Origin: Candidatus Latescibacterota bacterium
GTDB taxonomy: Bacteria; Latescibacterota; UBA2968; UBA8231
DNA: 64,000 nt
Direction of reading: 5' to 3'
NCBI GenBank assembly: GCA_965243025.1
Contig: CBDETY010000003.1
Coordinates: 1,056,001-1,120,000 of the forward strand
Shown here in pieces: positions 19,689 to 29,641 of the stretch. The position numbers were made by a program, and so were the translations under genes. Numbering within the stretch: position 1 is the stretch's first letter; the number at the start of each line of letters is the position of its first letter. The notes beneath the pieces were generated by a model, which had not been told where the DNA came from, searched no databases, and saw only the letters and a list, made by a program, of their open reading frames with translations.

Positions 19689-20462
19689 ATGAGCAAGCTT
19701 CGGCTGAATCTGCGGCAGCAGCGGCTCGGACAGGACGGGGGCCGCGCCTTATGGGAAGTGGTCGCCGCCGAGGTAGAGTACGACTGCGCGGAGACCGCGC
19801 TGCTGCTGTGCGACGTCTGGAACAATCACTGGAGCCGCGGCGCCTCGGAACGGGTCGACGCCATGGTGCCGCGCATGAACGAGGTGGCCGCGGCGGCGCG
19901 CGCTTCCGGGGTGCAGGTCGTGCACGCCCCTTCGAGCACCATGGAGTTCTACGCAGGAACCCCTGCCCGGCAGCGCGTCCTCGAGACCGCGCTCGTCGCC
20001 CCGCCCCCCGGCCTCGAGCGGGAGGATCCGCCGCAGCCGGTCGACTCAAGCGACGGGGGCTCGGACACCAAGGAGATCGACCGGCAGTACCACGACCCCG
20101 ACCGGGACGGCACCGCCTGGACGCGGCAGCACCCCGGCATAGAGATCGACGACGGCGCCGACCTGGTCAGCGACGACGGCAGACAGGTGTTCAGCTGCCT
20201 CCACCGCAGGGGGATCGGCAACCTGCTGATCATGGGGGTGCACACCAACATGTGCGTCCTCAACCGCAGCTTCGCGATCAAGCAGATGGTGCGCTGGGGG
20301 AAGAACGTCGTCCTGGTCCGCGACCTGACCGACGCGATGTACGACCCCGCGATGCCCCCCTACGTCAGCCACGACGAGGGCACGCGGCTTGTGGTCGAGT
20401 ACATCGAGAAGTTCTGGTGCCCGACGGTGCTGAGCGGAGAGATTCTCGCTTCCTGCAGGTAG
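19689..20462 (+). CDS. Isochorismatase/nicotinamidase-like cysteine hydrolase
   Basis: LLLCDVW, GVHTNMCV, RDLTDAMYDP. Confidence 0.8.
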   Translation: MSKLRLNLRQQRLGQDGGRALWEVVAAEVEYDCAETALLLCDVWNNHWSRGASERVDAMVPRMNEVAAAARASGVQVVHAPSSTMEFYAGTPARQRVLETALVAPPPGLEREDPPQPVDSSDGGSDTKEIDRQYHDPDRDGTAWTRQHPGIEIDDGADLVSDDGRQVFSCLHRRGIGNLLIMGVHTNMCVLNRSFAIKQMVRWGKNVVLVRDLTDAMYDPAMPPYVSHDEGTRLVVEYIEKFWCPTVLSGEILASCR

Positions 20463-20474
20463 GGGACTGTAAAC

Positions 20475-20763
20475 ATGAGAACGACCGTTACACTGGACGC
20501 CGATGTCGAGCGGCGCCTGAGGGAGGAGATGCGCAGGAAGGGCAAGGGGTTCAAGGAGACCCTGAACGATGCCCTGCGCCGGGGTCTGGGTCCGTCAGGC
20601 CCGGAATCGGAGGTCGGGGAGTTCGTGGTTGAGTCGCGTCCCCTTCCGCCTGCGCCCGGAACTGGACCTGGCCCGACTGCGGGAGCTGGACGACGATCTG
20701 GAGATTGCAGGGTTCCTCGGAAAGACCGCGCGGCTGAACGAGCGCCGGGCTGATCCTCCTTGA
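20475..20763 (+). pseudogene. Orphan VapB-like (RHH) antitoxin with a +1 frameshift
   Basis: MRTTVTLDADV...FKETLNDALRRGL; the C-terminal part FRLRPELDLARLRELDDDLE is in the +1 frame after the C4 run at 20640-20643. No toxin follows. Confidence 0.65.
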
Positions 20764-20766
20764 TGG

Positions 20767-22041
20767 TCAGCGCATCGACTCGACGACGCGGAGGGCCGTC
20801 TCCACCACCCGGTCCTCGACGTCCCCGGTGAACGGCGCCGGCAGGCGGAAGTAGTAGTGGGATCCGCCGACTTCGTACCCGCCCAGAGGCCAGGCGTTCT
20901 TCGAGGGGATGTACCCGATCAGGCCGTTGCTGTAAGCCGCGGCGACCGTGACCGACGGGGACAGCGCCCGCTTCAGGTGCAGGCCGATCTCGCTCAGCAC
21001 CTCCCCTCCCAGGAACAGGACCCGGAACCCGGGGTTGAGCTGGAGCACCTGGACCTCGTGCGGACAGCCCCCCGGCAGCGGTCCCCGCGCCAGCTGACCC
21101 TTCACGTATTCCGCCCACCGCCGGCGCTGTCCCTCTTCGCGGGCGGCGAAGCGGTCGAGGTATGCCCCGTCCGGGAGCTGGGCGTAGGGGAGCAGGTGGA
21201 ACTCCCCGGCGATCTTCATTCCCCCCGCATCGACAGGCTCTGCTGAATCCCGGCCGGCCAGCACTTCTTCGGCCAGGCCTTCGCCCGCGGCGGCGACCTC
21301 GTCGACCTCCGGGCGCCGGAAGTCCGTCCCCCCGGGGTTGTACCAGGGCCGCACGTCGCCGGCGCATCCGGCGCTGAAGAACGCCGGCGCCCCTGTCCTT
21401 TCGCGCAGCCCGGCGCAGAGGAACCCGGGGTAGTCGCCGCCGATCAGGCAGCCGCCCATGCTGGTGGCGTGACAGCCGTACACGGTCAGGGTGGCCAGCA
21501 GCTCACCGGCTTCGCTCTCGAACCAGAGGGTGTCGAGGTCGCGGTCGACGGGTCCGTCCGGATTGGGGGCGAACACCGCTTTGCCGCGGCGCGGAAGCCG
21601 GCGGTTGACCCCGAACCCGGAGCGCGTCCTCGAGAAGGAGACCCGCCCGGGCACGGCGCCGGACCGGGCGGCCACGGCGGCGGAGGCCAGCTTTTCGCAC
21701 AGCCGCTCGGCGTACTCGAGCTCAGGCTCCCCGGGCATCATCATCGGGTAGAAGAGCGGTCCGCAATGGGTGTGGGTGGCGGTCAGCACCACCTGCCGCG
21801 GCAGCATGCCGGCGGCCGCGGCGATCCGCTGCTTCGCCTGCGCCGCGTACGCGAGGTCGAAGCCGATCAGGTCGGCGGCGATCACCACCGCCTCCTCGTC
21901 AGCTCCCCCGAGATAGACCGCCCCGGCGGTCAGGGGCTGGTACACCCCCTCGGAGCGCCGGTCGCGGTCCCCGTACCCCGCCATCCACACCGGGCCGTCG
22001 GGGGTTATGTCCGTCGTGGCCGCGCCTGTCCTGATCGACAT
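20767..22041 (-). CDS. Neutral/alkaline ceramidase-like metallohydrolase
   Basis: DITP...MAGY..R, ATHTHCGP, VNRR, YGCHAT, DYPG, GGYE. Confidence 0.8.
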   Translation of the reverse strand: MSIRTGAATTDITPDGPVWMAGYGDRDRRSEGVYQPLTAGAVYLGGADEEAVVIAADLIGFDLAYAAQAKQRIAAAAGMLPRQVVLTATHTHCGPLFYPMMMPGEPELEYAERLCEKLASAAVAARSGAVPGRVSFSRTRSGFGVNRRLPRRGKAVFAPNPDGPVDRDLDTLWFESEAGELLATLTVYGCHATSMGGCLIGGDYPGFLCAGLRERTGAPAFFSAGCAGDVRPWYNPGGTDFRRPEVDEVAAAGEGLAEEVLAGRDSAEPVDAGGMKIAGEFHLLPYAQLPDGAYLDRFAAREEGQRRRWAEYVKGQLARGPLPGGCPHEVQVLQLNPGFRVLFLGGEVLSEIGLHLKRALSPSVTVAAAYSNGLIGYIPSKNAWPLGGYEVGGSHYYFRLPAPFTGDVEDRVVETALRVVESMR

Positions 22042-22324
22042 GTTTCTTCTTCTCCTCCTCAGGGGAAGAAATGGGCGACAAGACTAAGGAAAACTGGAGT
22101 GGGGAGCAGTTTGAGTCCGCATCCGGCCGGGTTATTTTCCGGCGGTGAGCAGGGGGTTTGCGGAGCCCCACCCCCGGCAGGAACCCAGGCGACTATCCAG
22201 GGAAGTCGGGGACGATGCGGCTGGACCGATCCCGATTCCACCTGATACGGCGGCAACCGAATCCGCCTCGGAATAACCCGGGCAAACATCCAGTACCCTT
22301 GAAGGCCGGAAAGTCACACACAGG

Positions 22325-23509
22325 ATGACGGAGATGAAGGAGCCGCGCCAGGTCGGAGTCGGGGCGATCGCCCGCCTCTTCCTGAAGCTGGGGACCATCG
22401 GTTTCGGGGGCCCCGCGGCGCACATCGCCATGATGGAGGACGAGGTCGTCGGCCGCCGCAGGTGGCTGTCGCGCGAAAGCTTCCTCGATCTCCTAGGGGC
22501 GACGCACCTGATTCCGGGGCCGAACTCGACCGAGATGGCGATTCACATCGGGTACCGCCGCGGCGGCTGGCCGGGACTGCTCACCGCGGGAATCTGCTTC
22601 ATCCTCCCTGCCGTCCTCATCACCGGTGCGCTCGCCGCCGTGTACGTGCGCTGGGGGAACCTGCCGGAGCTGGACCCGATTCTCGCCGGGGTGAAACCGG
22701 TGGTCGTCGCCGTCATCGCCGTCGCCCTTCTCCGGCTCGGGCGCACCGCCGCCCGGGACTGGCGCCTGGCGATGATCGGGATCGCGGTGGCCGCGGTCTC
22801 GTACAGACAGGGGTTCGAGGTGGTTGCCCTGCTGGCCGGCGGCCTTCTCGGGATGCTCTGGATCGGCATCCGCAAACCGGCCGGGCCCGCGGTCTGGGCC
22901 GGTCTGATCGCGGCTCTGGGAGCAGTGCCGGCGCGAGCGGCGGCGATTTCCGCGGCCGCCGCGGCTGCAGGCGGTGCCGCAGCCCAGGTGCCGCTGTGGA
23001 CTCTCGGCCTCTTCTTCCTGAAAGTCGGGGCCGTCCTCTTCGGCAGCGGCTACGTGCTGATCGCCTTCCTCGAAGGCGGCCTCGTCGACGATCTCGGCCT
23101 GATCACCGGCGAACAGCTGATGGAGGCGGTCGCCGTCGGCCAGTTCACCCCCGGCCCGGTGCTGTCGACGGCGACCTTCATCGGCTACGTGATCGCCGGC
23201 CCCTGGGGAGCCCTGGTGGCGACGGTCGCCATCTTCCTGCCCTCGTTCTTCTACGTCGCCGCGGTCAACCCGCTGATTCCGAGGCTGCGCGAGTCGCGCT
23301 GGGCAGGCGCCTTCCTCGACGGGGTGAACGCCGGCGCCACCGGGCTGATGCTGGCGGTGACCGTGAAGCTCGCCGAGGCCTCGCTGACCGGCGGGTTCTC
23401 CTGGTGGATGGCGGGCATGGCCTTTCTCATCGCCGCGTACACCGGCATGAGCCCGGCCTGGCTGATCCTCGCCGGCGCCCTGACAGGCTACCTCGTCTCG
23501 ATGGGGTGA
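22325..23509 (+). CDS. chrA: Chromate efflux transporter
   Basis: GFGGPAAH, PGPNST, FGSGY, GQFTPGPV duplicated CHR domains. Confidence 0.93.
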   Translation: MTEMKEPRQVGVGAIARLFLKLGTIGFGGPAAHIAMMEDEVVGRRRWLSRESFLDLLGATHLIPGPNSTEMAIHIGYRRGGWPGLLTAGICFILPAVLITGALAAVYVRWGNLPELDPILAGVKPVVVAVIAVALLRLGRTAARDWRLAMIGIAVAAVSYRQGFEVVALLAGGLLGMLWIGIRKPAGPAVWAGLIAALGAVPARAAAISAAAAAAGGAAAQVPLWTLGLFFLKVGAVLFGSGYVLIAFLEGGLVDDLGLITGEQLMEAVAVGQFTPGPVLSTATFIGYVIAGPWGALVATVAIFLPSFFYVAAVNPLIPRLRESRWAGAFLDGVNAGATGLMLAVTVKLAEASLTGGFSWWMAGMAFLIAAYTGMSPAWLILAGALTGYLVSMG

Positions 23510-23527
23510 CCGCCCGGGTGTGCCGGG

Positions 23528-25597
23528 TCAGGGAAGCTGCCGGCGGAACCCGTCGGTGAACAGCCCGATGCGCTCGAAGGGGATGCGCTCGAACTCCGGC
23601 AGCCGCTCGTACACCGGGGAATCCTCCCGCAGCTGGAACCCGAGATTGTCCGCGTCGACGAACCCGACTTCGGCGAATTCCTCGAATACCAGGTTGTCCT
23701 CGATCCGGTTGAGCCCGAGATACGGCTCCATTTTCGGCGTGTGCAGCCAGTCCTCGCAGCGCACGGCGACGTTGCGGTCGACGACGTTCCTCTTGGGGAA
23801 CCCGGGGTCGTCCTCGAGGATGCCGGCGAGCTCGGGATAGCGCTCGCTCCAGGGCGGCTCGCGGTAGGGCATCGCTTCCAGGCGCTCGAAAAAGACCGCC
23901 TTCAGCTGGTGTCCCTCCATCACCCCGGCGCAGCGCGCGTCGATGTGGAAGGCGTGTCGCGACGCCGTGAGGATGTTGTTGCGGAACAGGTTGTCGCGGC
24001 CGCCGCCGGTGTGCATGGCGAACGTCGCCTTGTGGATGACGTTGCCGAAAACCGTGGTGCCGCTGATGCAGTCGTCGAGGTACACCCCCATGGAACCGAC
24101 GACCCCGGGGCCGGCGAGGTCGTGGATGAAGTTGTGGCGGATGAGGTTGCCGCGGGCGGTCCAGTCGCGGCCGGTGTAGAGGGCGCCGACGTCACCGGTC
24201 TCGCGGGCGACGCGGTGGATGTGGTTGAACTCGATGACGTGGTCGTTGCCCTTGAACTCCATCGCCAGGTGGGGGGCGTCGTGGACGAGGTTGTGGGCGG
24301 CGCGGTTGCCCACGCCGTAGAGGTGGACGGCGCCGGCATAGGTGCGGCGGGTGCGGCCGAAGCGGAAAATGTGGTTGTTGACCGCCTCGTGGCCGCCTGG
24401 CTCGAGGGTTCGCCGGTCCCCGCCGGTGAGGCTGATTCCGGAGCCGCCGACGTCGTGGATGTCGCAGCTGACGACCCGGTGCCTGACGCCGCCGCTGACG
24501 GTCACGGCGTCGGTGCCGAGGTTGCGGAAGGTGCAGCCGGCAACCCGGTTTCCGGACCCCCCGGTCACGGCGATGCCGGACTCCCTGCCCGCCTCGAAGG
24601 TGATCCCCTCGACGGAGAGGTGGGAGGCGTCCTCGAGGAGGACCAGGGGCTCCTCGAGCAGCGACAGGATCACCTCCTTCTCCTCGAAGCCGGCGGGCGG
24701 CCAGCAGTAGAGGACCATCTCCTGCGGGTCGAGGTACCATTCCCCGGGGCGGTCGAGCTCCGACAGCAGGTTGAAGGCGAAGTAGCGCCGCGGCGCGTCG
24801 TTCCAGGGGTACCCGGGATCGAAGCCGACGCCGTACGGGTGCGGAGCCGCGAGGGTGATCCGCCGGGCGGCCGTGTCGATCGCGGCGACGCGGATCGACT
24901 CCTCGTACCAGTCCCAACACCAGTACCCCTGCAGCCAGACCCCTTCCTCCACCGACCAGCGGGCCGGGCGCTCCTCCTCGTAGCGGAAGGCGCCTCCCCG
25001 GGGGACCTCGTCGCCGCTGCGGGAGCCGCGGTCGACGACCTCGGTGAAGGTCGCCCACCCCTCGTTCGGCCAGCGCGCCGCCGGCAGGCGCTCGCCGCCG
25101 GCGAACAGCTCGGGCAGCGCGCTCCCCTTGAAGGCGTCCGGGGCCGGGGGGATTGCGGGCACGCCGAGCCGCCCGAGGTCGATGCGGCGAACCGAATCGC
25201 GCGCCTCCTCGGGGAGCTTGCGCAGCACGGCCGGATCCTCGACGGGATCCCAGGCGGACGGGGGCAGCTGGATCCCGCCGAGGAAACGCGGCCGTTCTCC
25301 CGGGGCCGCCCGCCAGGTAATCGGGGCCCCGGGCGAGCCGGAGTCCTGTTCTTCGAGGAGAAATGGTTGGCGCAACCGGTAGTCCCCGCGGTGGAGCCAG
25401 ACGGCGGCGCCGGCTGCGGGAAGGGTGCCCGCGCTTTTCAGATGGCGCAGCGCATCCCGGGCGCCGGCGGGGGTAGCGAAAGGTTGTTCGGCCGATCCGT
25501 CGCCGGCGTCGTCGCCGGACGGGGAGACGTGGAGCTCGATGGCGTTCGCCATGGTACCGATCCAGAGGGGAAGCAGGAGAAGGGGAAGGGGTCTCAC
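23528..25597 (-). CDS. Secreted right-handed parallel beta-helix protein (GH141/pectin-lyase-like fold)
   Basis: Signal-like N-terminus, VSP.GDD..DGS..QPFAT, ARWPN, ELDRPGEWY, ETGDVGALY, GVYLDD repeats. Confidence 0.85.
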   Translation of the reverse strand: MRPLPLLLLPLWIGTMANAIELHVSPSGDDAGDGSAEQPFATPAGARDALRHLKSAGTLPAAGAAVWLHRGDYRLRQPFLLEEQDSGSPGAPITWRAAPGERPRFLGGIQLPPSAWDPVEDPAVLRKLPEEARDSVRRIDLGRLGVPAIPPAPDAFKGSALPELFAGGERLPAARWPNEGWATFTEVVDRGSRSGDEVPRGGAFRYEEERPARWSVEEGVWLQGYWCWDWYEESIRVAAIDTAARRITLAAPHPYGVGFDPGYPWNDAPRRYFAFNLLSELDRPGEWYLDPQEMVLYCWPPAGFEEKEVILSLLEEPLVLLEDASHLSVEGITFEAGRESGIAVTGGSGNRVAGCTFRNLGTDAVTVSGGVRHRVVSCDIHDVGGSGISLTGGDRRTLEPGGHEAVNNHIFRFGRTRRTYAGAVHLYGVGNRAAHNLVHDAPHLAMEFKGNDHVIEFNHIHRVARETGDVGALYTGRDWTARGNLIRHNFIHDLAGPGVVGSMGVYLDDCISGTTVFGNVIHKATFAMHTGGGRDNLFRNNILTASRHAFHIDARCAGVMEGHQLKAVFFERLEAMPYREPPWSERYPELAGILEDDPGFPKRNVVDRNVAVRCEDWLHTPKMEPYLGLNRIEDNLVFEEFAEVGFVDADNLGFQLREDSPVYERLPEFERIPFERIGLFTDGFRRQLP

Positions 25598-25663
25598 GGG
25601 ATTCGCTTCGAAGGCGGTCGGTCAGGTGCCAGGGCGTTTGCCCAGGGACGAACCAGTTCGGCA

Positions 25664-25850
25664 GGACCTGTGCCCCCGCGCCACAACCGCGGTTGCGAGC
25701 CCGAATCAGCCGTCCTTCCGGCGCGGACACCTTCCCGTTCAGCCCGCCTGTCCTGGACCTGTGCCCCGCGCCAACACCGACGTTGCGAGCCGCCCAAAAG
25801 CCGCCCTCCCGGCGCGGAAGGCTTCCTTATGTAACCCGCTTTCCGGGACT
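25664..25850. repeat. Diverged tandem repeat, ~91 bp unit, about 2 copies
   Basis: GGACCTGTGCCCC(C)GCGCCA...GTTGCGAGCC...CCGGCGCGGA...CTTCC starting at 25664 and 25755. Confidence 0.8.
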
Positions 25851-25918
25851 GGGACGAATCAGTCGATCAGCCGATCCAGCGCCCGATTCCAGCCGCCGCC
25901 CGATCCGGGGCTTCCAAT

Positions 25919-26959
25919 TCAGGCCAGCTCCGACAATTTCACCGGCCGGCCCTCCTCCGCCGCCCGGTCCGCGGCGAACACCACCCTGGAGGACTCGAAG
26001 GCGGTTGCCCAGTCGGTCAGCGGCATCGCCTCGTTTTTCCCGATGGCCTCGACGAACGCCTGGAACTGCGGCTGGTACGGGTGGTCGCTGACGTCCCCGG
26101 AATCGATCAGCGAGGTCTCGAGGGTGCTCCAGCGGTCCTTGACCATCCCCTTGAGCTTCTTCGAGTAGATCCGGTTGTCGAGCAGGCTGCCCTCGCTGCC
26201 GACGAGGTGGATGTGGAAGTAGTAGGGCTGCAGGCAGTCGATGCAGGAGGTGACCTTGGCGAGCTTTTCGCCGCCGGCAAACTTCAGGGTGCTGACGCTG
26301 GTGGTGTTGTACTCGTACGGCGCGAAATCCGTCCCCTTGGACATCACCTGGTAGCTCGACACCTCCTCGACGCTGCCGTCCATGAAGAACAGGCAGGCGT
26401 CGAGGGCGTGGCATCCGGCGGTCAGCAGGGAGCTGCCCCCCATCTCCTTTTTGACGTTCCAGCCGTACTGCCCGTACCAGGGCCCGATGCCGTGGTAGTA
26501 GTCGACCTCGCCGTAGTGCAGCTCCCCGAGCAGCCCCTGGTCTATAACGGAGCGGATCAGGGTGAAATGGGCGCTGTACCGGCACTCGAAGCAGACGCAG
26601 ACCTGGACCCCGCTCTCGCCGATCGCCTCGCCCATCGCCACCATGTCCCCGTACGTGAGGGAGATCGGCTTCTCGATGATCAGGTGCTTGCCGGCGCGCG
26701 CCGCGGCGATCGCCTGTTCCGCGTGGAAGGGGTGGGGGGTGCAGATGTCGACGGCGTCGATGCCGCCGTCGGCGAGCATCTCCTCGTACCTGGTATACGC
26801 CTTCAGCGGGGTGCCGAACTGCGCTTCCAGTTCGGCCTCGTCCTGTTCCCTGCGGGAGCAGACCGCGGTGACGTCGGCCCCCTCCACCGACTTGAAGGTT
26901 TCGATGTGGGCGCCGGCAACCCAGCCAAGTCCCACGATGCCGACGTTGAGGTCGCTCAT
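25919..26959 (-). CDS. Gfo/Idh/MocA family oxidoreductase
   Basis: [39 protein letters not shown]. Confidence 0.9.
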   Translation of the reverse strand: MSDLNVGIVGLGWVAGAHIETFKSVEGADVTAVCSRREQDEAELEAQFGTPLKAYTRYEEMLADGGIDAVDICTPHPFHAEQAIAAARAGKHLIIEKPISLTYGDMVAMGEAIGESGVQVCVCFECRYSAHFTLIRSVIDQGLLGELHYGEVDYYHGIGPWYGQYGWNVKKEMGGSSLLTAGCHALDACLFFMDGSVEEVSSYQVMSKGTDFAPYEYNTTSVSTLKFAGGEKLAKVTSCIDCLQPYYFHIHLVGSEGSLLDNRIYSKKLKGMVKDRWSTLETSLIDSGDVSDHPYQPQFQAFVEAIGKNEAMPLTDWATAFESSRVVFAADRAAEEGRPVKLSELA

Positions 26960-27102
26960 GACTCTCTCCTCGTCCGTTGCGATGCCTGCCAGCCGCCCGG
27001 GGCGGCGGCCCCGGGGGCCGAACCGCCGGGCTTGCAATCAGGTCCGGTGTTGCGGAAAATCGACGGCGGCCGGGAGGCGGTCGCCGGGGCAAAAGGGTAA
27101 CC

Positions 27103-27903
27103 ATGCAGCTCAGCGAACAACAGCTCAACCACTTCGAGACCTTCGGATTCCTGGTTTTCCCGCAGCTGCTCTCCCCCGCGGAGATGGAGCGCTACAGCGA
27201 GGAGTTCGACGCGGGGATGGCCGCCTGGCTGGAAGGGGAGGAGTTCGACGGCCGGCAGCGCCACTACGCCACCCTGATGGAGGAGGCGAGCCCCTTCATC
27301 GCCGGCCTCGCCGACGATCCCCGCTTCGGCGACGCCTCCGAGCAGCTGTTCGGCCGCGAGGGGATCGCCATAGCCGTCGACGGCAGCTACATGGTGGGGG
27401 ACACCCGCTGGCATCCCGACACCGCCTCCCTCGACTACAGGGGGATCAAGTTCTGCATCTACCCCGACCGGCTCGGGCGCGGCACCGGAGCCCTGCGCGT
27501 CATCCCCGGCTCGCACCGGGAGCCCCTGCACGGAATGATCGCGCAAGACCCCGGGGAGGCGTACGGAATCCCCCCGGAGCAGTTGCCCGCCCACGTCTTC
27601 GAGTCGGAGCCGGGGGACGTGCTCGCCTTCGACGTCGGCGCCTGGCACGCCTCGTTCGGCGGCGCCGCGGGGCGGCGCCAGGGGGTCATCGTCTACTACG
27701 AGGATCCGGAGACCCCGACGGCGACCGAGGCGGTGGTCGCCCAGATGCGGGGGAACCACCAGATCTTCGCCGGCAGGAAGCGCCGCATGTACGGGGATCA
27801 CTGGCGTTCCCTTCCAGGCAAGCGGCGCCAGCGCTGGCTCCGCCGCCTCGACGACCTCGGGGTGCTCGACACTCCAACCGAAACCGACCGAGAAATTCCA
27901 TGA
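27103..27903 (+). CDS. PhyH family dioxygenase
   Basis: F.TFGFLV, WHPD, GALRVIPGSH, WHAS. Confidence 0.88.
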   Translation: MQLSEQQLNHFETFGFLVFPQLLSPAEMERYSEEFDAGMAAWLEGEEFDGRQRHYATLMEEASPFIAGLADDPRFGDASEQLFGREGIAIAVDGSYMVGDTRWHPDTASLDYRGIKFCIYPDRLGRGTGALRVIPGSHREPLHGMIAQDPGEAYGIPPEQLPAHVFESEPGDVLAFDVGAWHASFGGAAGRRQGVIVYYEDPETPTATEAVVAQMRGNHQIFAGRKRRMYGDHWRSLPGKRRQRWLRRLDDLGVLDTPTETDREIP

Positions 27904-28934
27904 GCGACAGCGTGCGCATCGCCATCACAAGGGACCTGTTCGACGAAGAGGGAAACCTCGTCATACCCGGGGAGGGGCTGGGTCTCTTCGACCGAATGCC
28001 CGGGGTCGAGTACGAGATACTCGCCGAGATCCTGCCGGAGATCGCCCCCGAGCAGGTCGCCCACTGCGACATGGTCATCACAGCGGGAATCCCGTGGACG
28101 ACCCGCTCCGTCGCCGACAGCGGGCGCCTGGTGGCCGTGCTCTTCATGGGGGTCGGGTACGATCACATCGACGTCGCCGCCCTGACCGGGGCCGGGGTGA
28201 TGCTCTGCACCGCTCCCGACGCGGTGCGCCGGCCGATGGCGGTGACCAACATGACCCACATCCTCGCCCTGGCGACGAAGCTGATCAACAAGGACCGGGT
28301 CACCCGCGAGGGGCGCTGGGCGGAGCGCACCAATTACAAGGGGGAAGGGCTGACCGGGAAGACCCTGGGAGTGATCGGGGTCGGCAACATCGGGCGCGAG
28401 CTGCTGGTGCTGGCGCAGCCGTTCGCCATGAGGCTGCTGGCCTGCGATCCGTACGCGACCCCGGAGGCGCTCGCCGGCCTCGGGGTGGAGCTGGTCGACC
28501 GCGGCCGCCTGCTGGCCGAGTCGGACTTCGTCTGCGTCTGCGTGCCACTGAACGACGAGACGCGGCACATGATCGGCGCCGAAGAGCTGCGGCTCATGAA
28601 GCCGTCCGCCTACCTCGTCAACACCTCGCGGGGCTCCGTCGTCGACGAGTCGGCCCTGATCGAGGCGCTGCGGCAGGGGACGATCCGGGGCGCCGGCCTC
28701 GACGTCTTCGAGCAGGAGCCCGTCGACCCCGACAACCCGCTGCTGCGCATGGAGAACGTCGTCGTCTCCCCGCACTCGCTGTGCCACACCGACGAGTACT
28801 ACACCACCGCCTGGAGCGGCAAGCTCGAGCAGGCGCGGGAGATCATGGCGGGGAAGATCCCGGAGGCCCTGGTCAACAGGGAAGTGCTCGACCGCGAGGA
28901 CTTCCGGGCCAAGCTCGCCAGGATCCGGCGCTGA
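27900..28934 (+). CDS. D-2-hydroxyacid dehydrogenase family protein
   Basis: GVGYDHID, GVIGVGNIG, NTSRG, LDVFEQEP, SPH. Confidence 0.92.
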   Translation: MSDSVRIAITRDLFDEEGNLVIPGEGLGLFDRMPGVEYEILAEILPEIAPEQVAHCDMVITAGIPWTTRSVADSGRLVAVLFMGVGYDHIDVAALTGAGVMLCTAPDAVRRPMAVTNMTHILALATKLINKDRVTREGRWAERTNYKGEGLTGKTLGVIGVGNIGRELLVLAQPFAMRLLACDPYATPEALAGLGVELVDRGRLLAESDFVCVCVPLNDETRHMIGAEELRLMKPSAYLVNTSRGSVVDESALIEALRQGTIRGAGLDVFEQEPVDPDNPLLRMENVVVSPHSLCHTDEYYTTAWSGKLEQAREIMAGKIPEALVNREVLDREDFRAKLARIRR

Positions 28935-28963
28935 GGGGAAAGGGCTGGCTTGCATGCAGTGGA

Positions 28964-29076
28964 GCCGGCCTGTCTATTGGATTCGATAGGCGGCGGACGC
29001 GGCCGGTCGCAGGCAGTGGTGCCGGACCGTCCGCCGGTATTCGATTGGGCGGCCGATGCGGCAGGTCGCTGGCAAG
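28964..29076. repeat. Diverged tandem repeat, ~58 bp unit x2
   Basis: GCCGG...ATTCGAT.GGCGGC.GA.GCGGC.GGTCGC.GGCA occurs twice. Confidence 0.7.
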
Positions 29077-29079
29077 CGG

Positions 29080-29385
29080 TTCTTCGCCGGGTGAGATTCG
29101 CGGCAGCTTCTTCTTCACGGAGATGTTCCGCGGCTTTTGACGGCGTCCCGCCGCCGTGGGGAGGAGGCTGGAGGCGGCGGCATGAGTGCGGCGGATAGGG
29201 AAACCAGGCGTTGCTGTTCAAGGGCGGTGGTCGAGGGTGACCGGCTCTTCCCGGGGGGGATTTGCAGCCAGCCCCTTCTCTGGAGATGGTCCGCTGTTAC
29301 GCGGCGTCCCCGCCGCTGGCGGGGTCGCCGTGGCGAGGAGACTGGAAGCCGCGGCATAAGGGCGGGGCAGAGAGAAACCCGGCCG
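29080..29385. repeat. Diverged tandem repeat, ~165 bp unit x2
   Basis: TCTTC..GG...GGAGATG.TCCGC...CGGCGTCCC...CGCCGTGG.GAGGAG.CTGGA.GC.GCGGCAT.AG.GCGG...GAAACC.GGC occurs twice. Confidence 0.7.
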
Positions 29386-29424
29386 TGGCCGCACAGGGGG
29401 CCGCCCCGCTCCTGCCGCCCGGCG

Positions 29425-29610
29425 CGGTCCCCTCAGTACCCCAGGCTGCGCAGGTAGTCGCGGTTGCGGCGCAGGCTCTCCTCCGCGGGCCGCCGGCCCC
29501 CCGGCAGAACCACCACCCACCCCGAGAACCCCGCTCCCCCTGGAACGCCGAGGAACCGGCCGCAGCCGCCCAAGGGGCCGTCGTCGAGGTCTGCCGGCTT
29601 CTTCCACTTC
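29425..29610 (-). pseudogene. Degenerate duplicate of the 3' end of the adjacent isomerase gene
   Basis: Aligns to 29634-29820 (CGGTCCCCTCAGTACCCCAGGC...) with roughly 18 substitutions and two small deletions. Confidence 0.85.
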
Positions 29611-29641
29611 AGGATCCTCGCTCCTGCAGCCGGCGGTCCCC

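Noticed and set aside
25664-29385. CRISPR array interpretation of the intergenic repeats
   Set aside because: Only two diverged copies each, no constant repeat-spacer pattern, and no cas genes.
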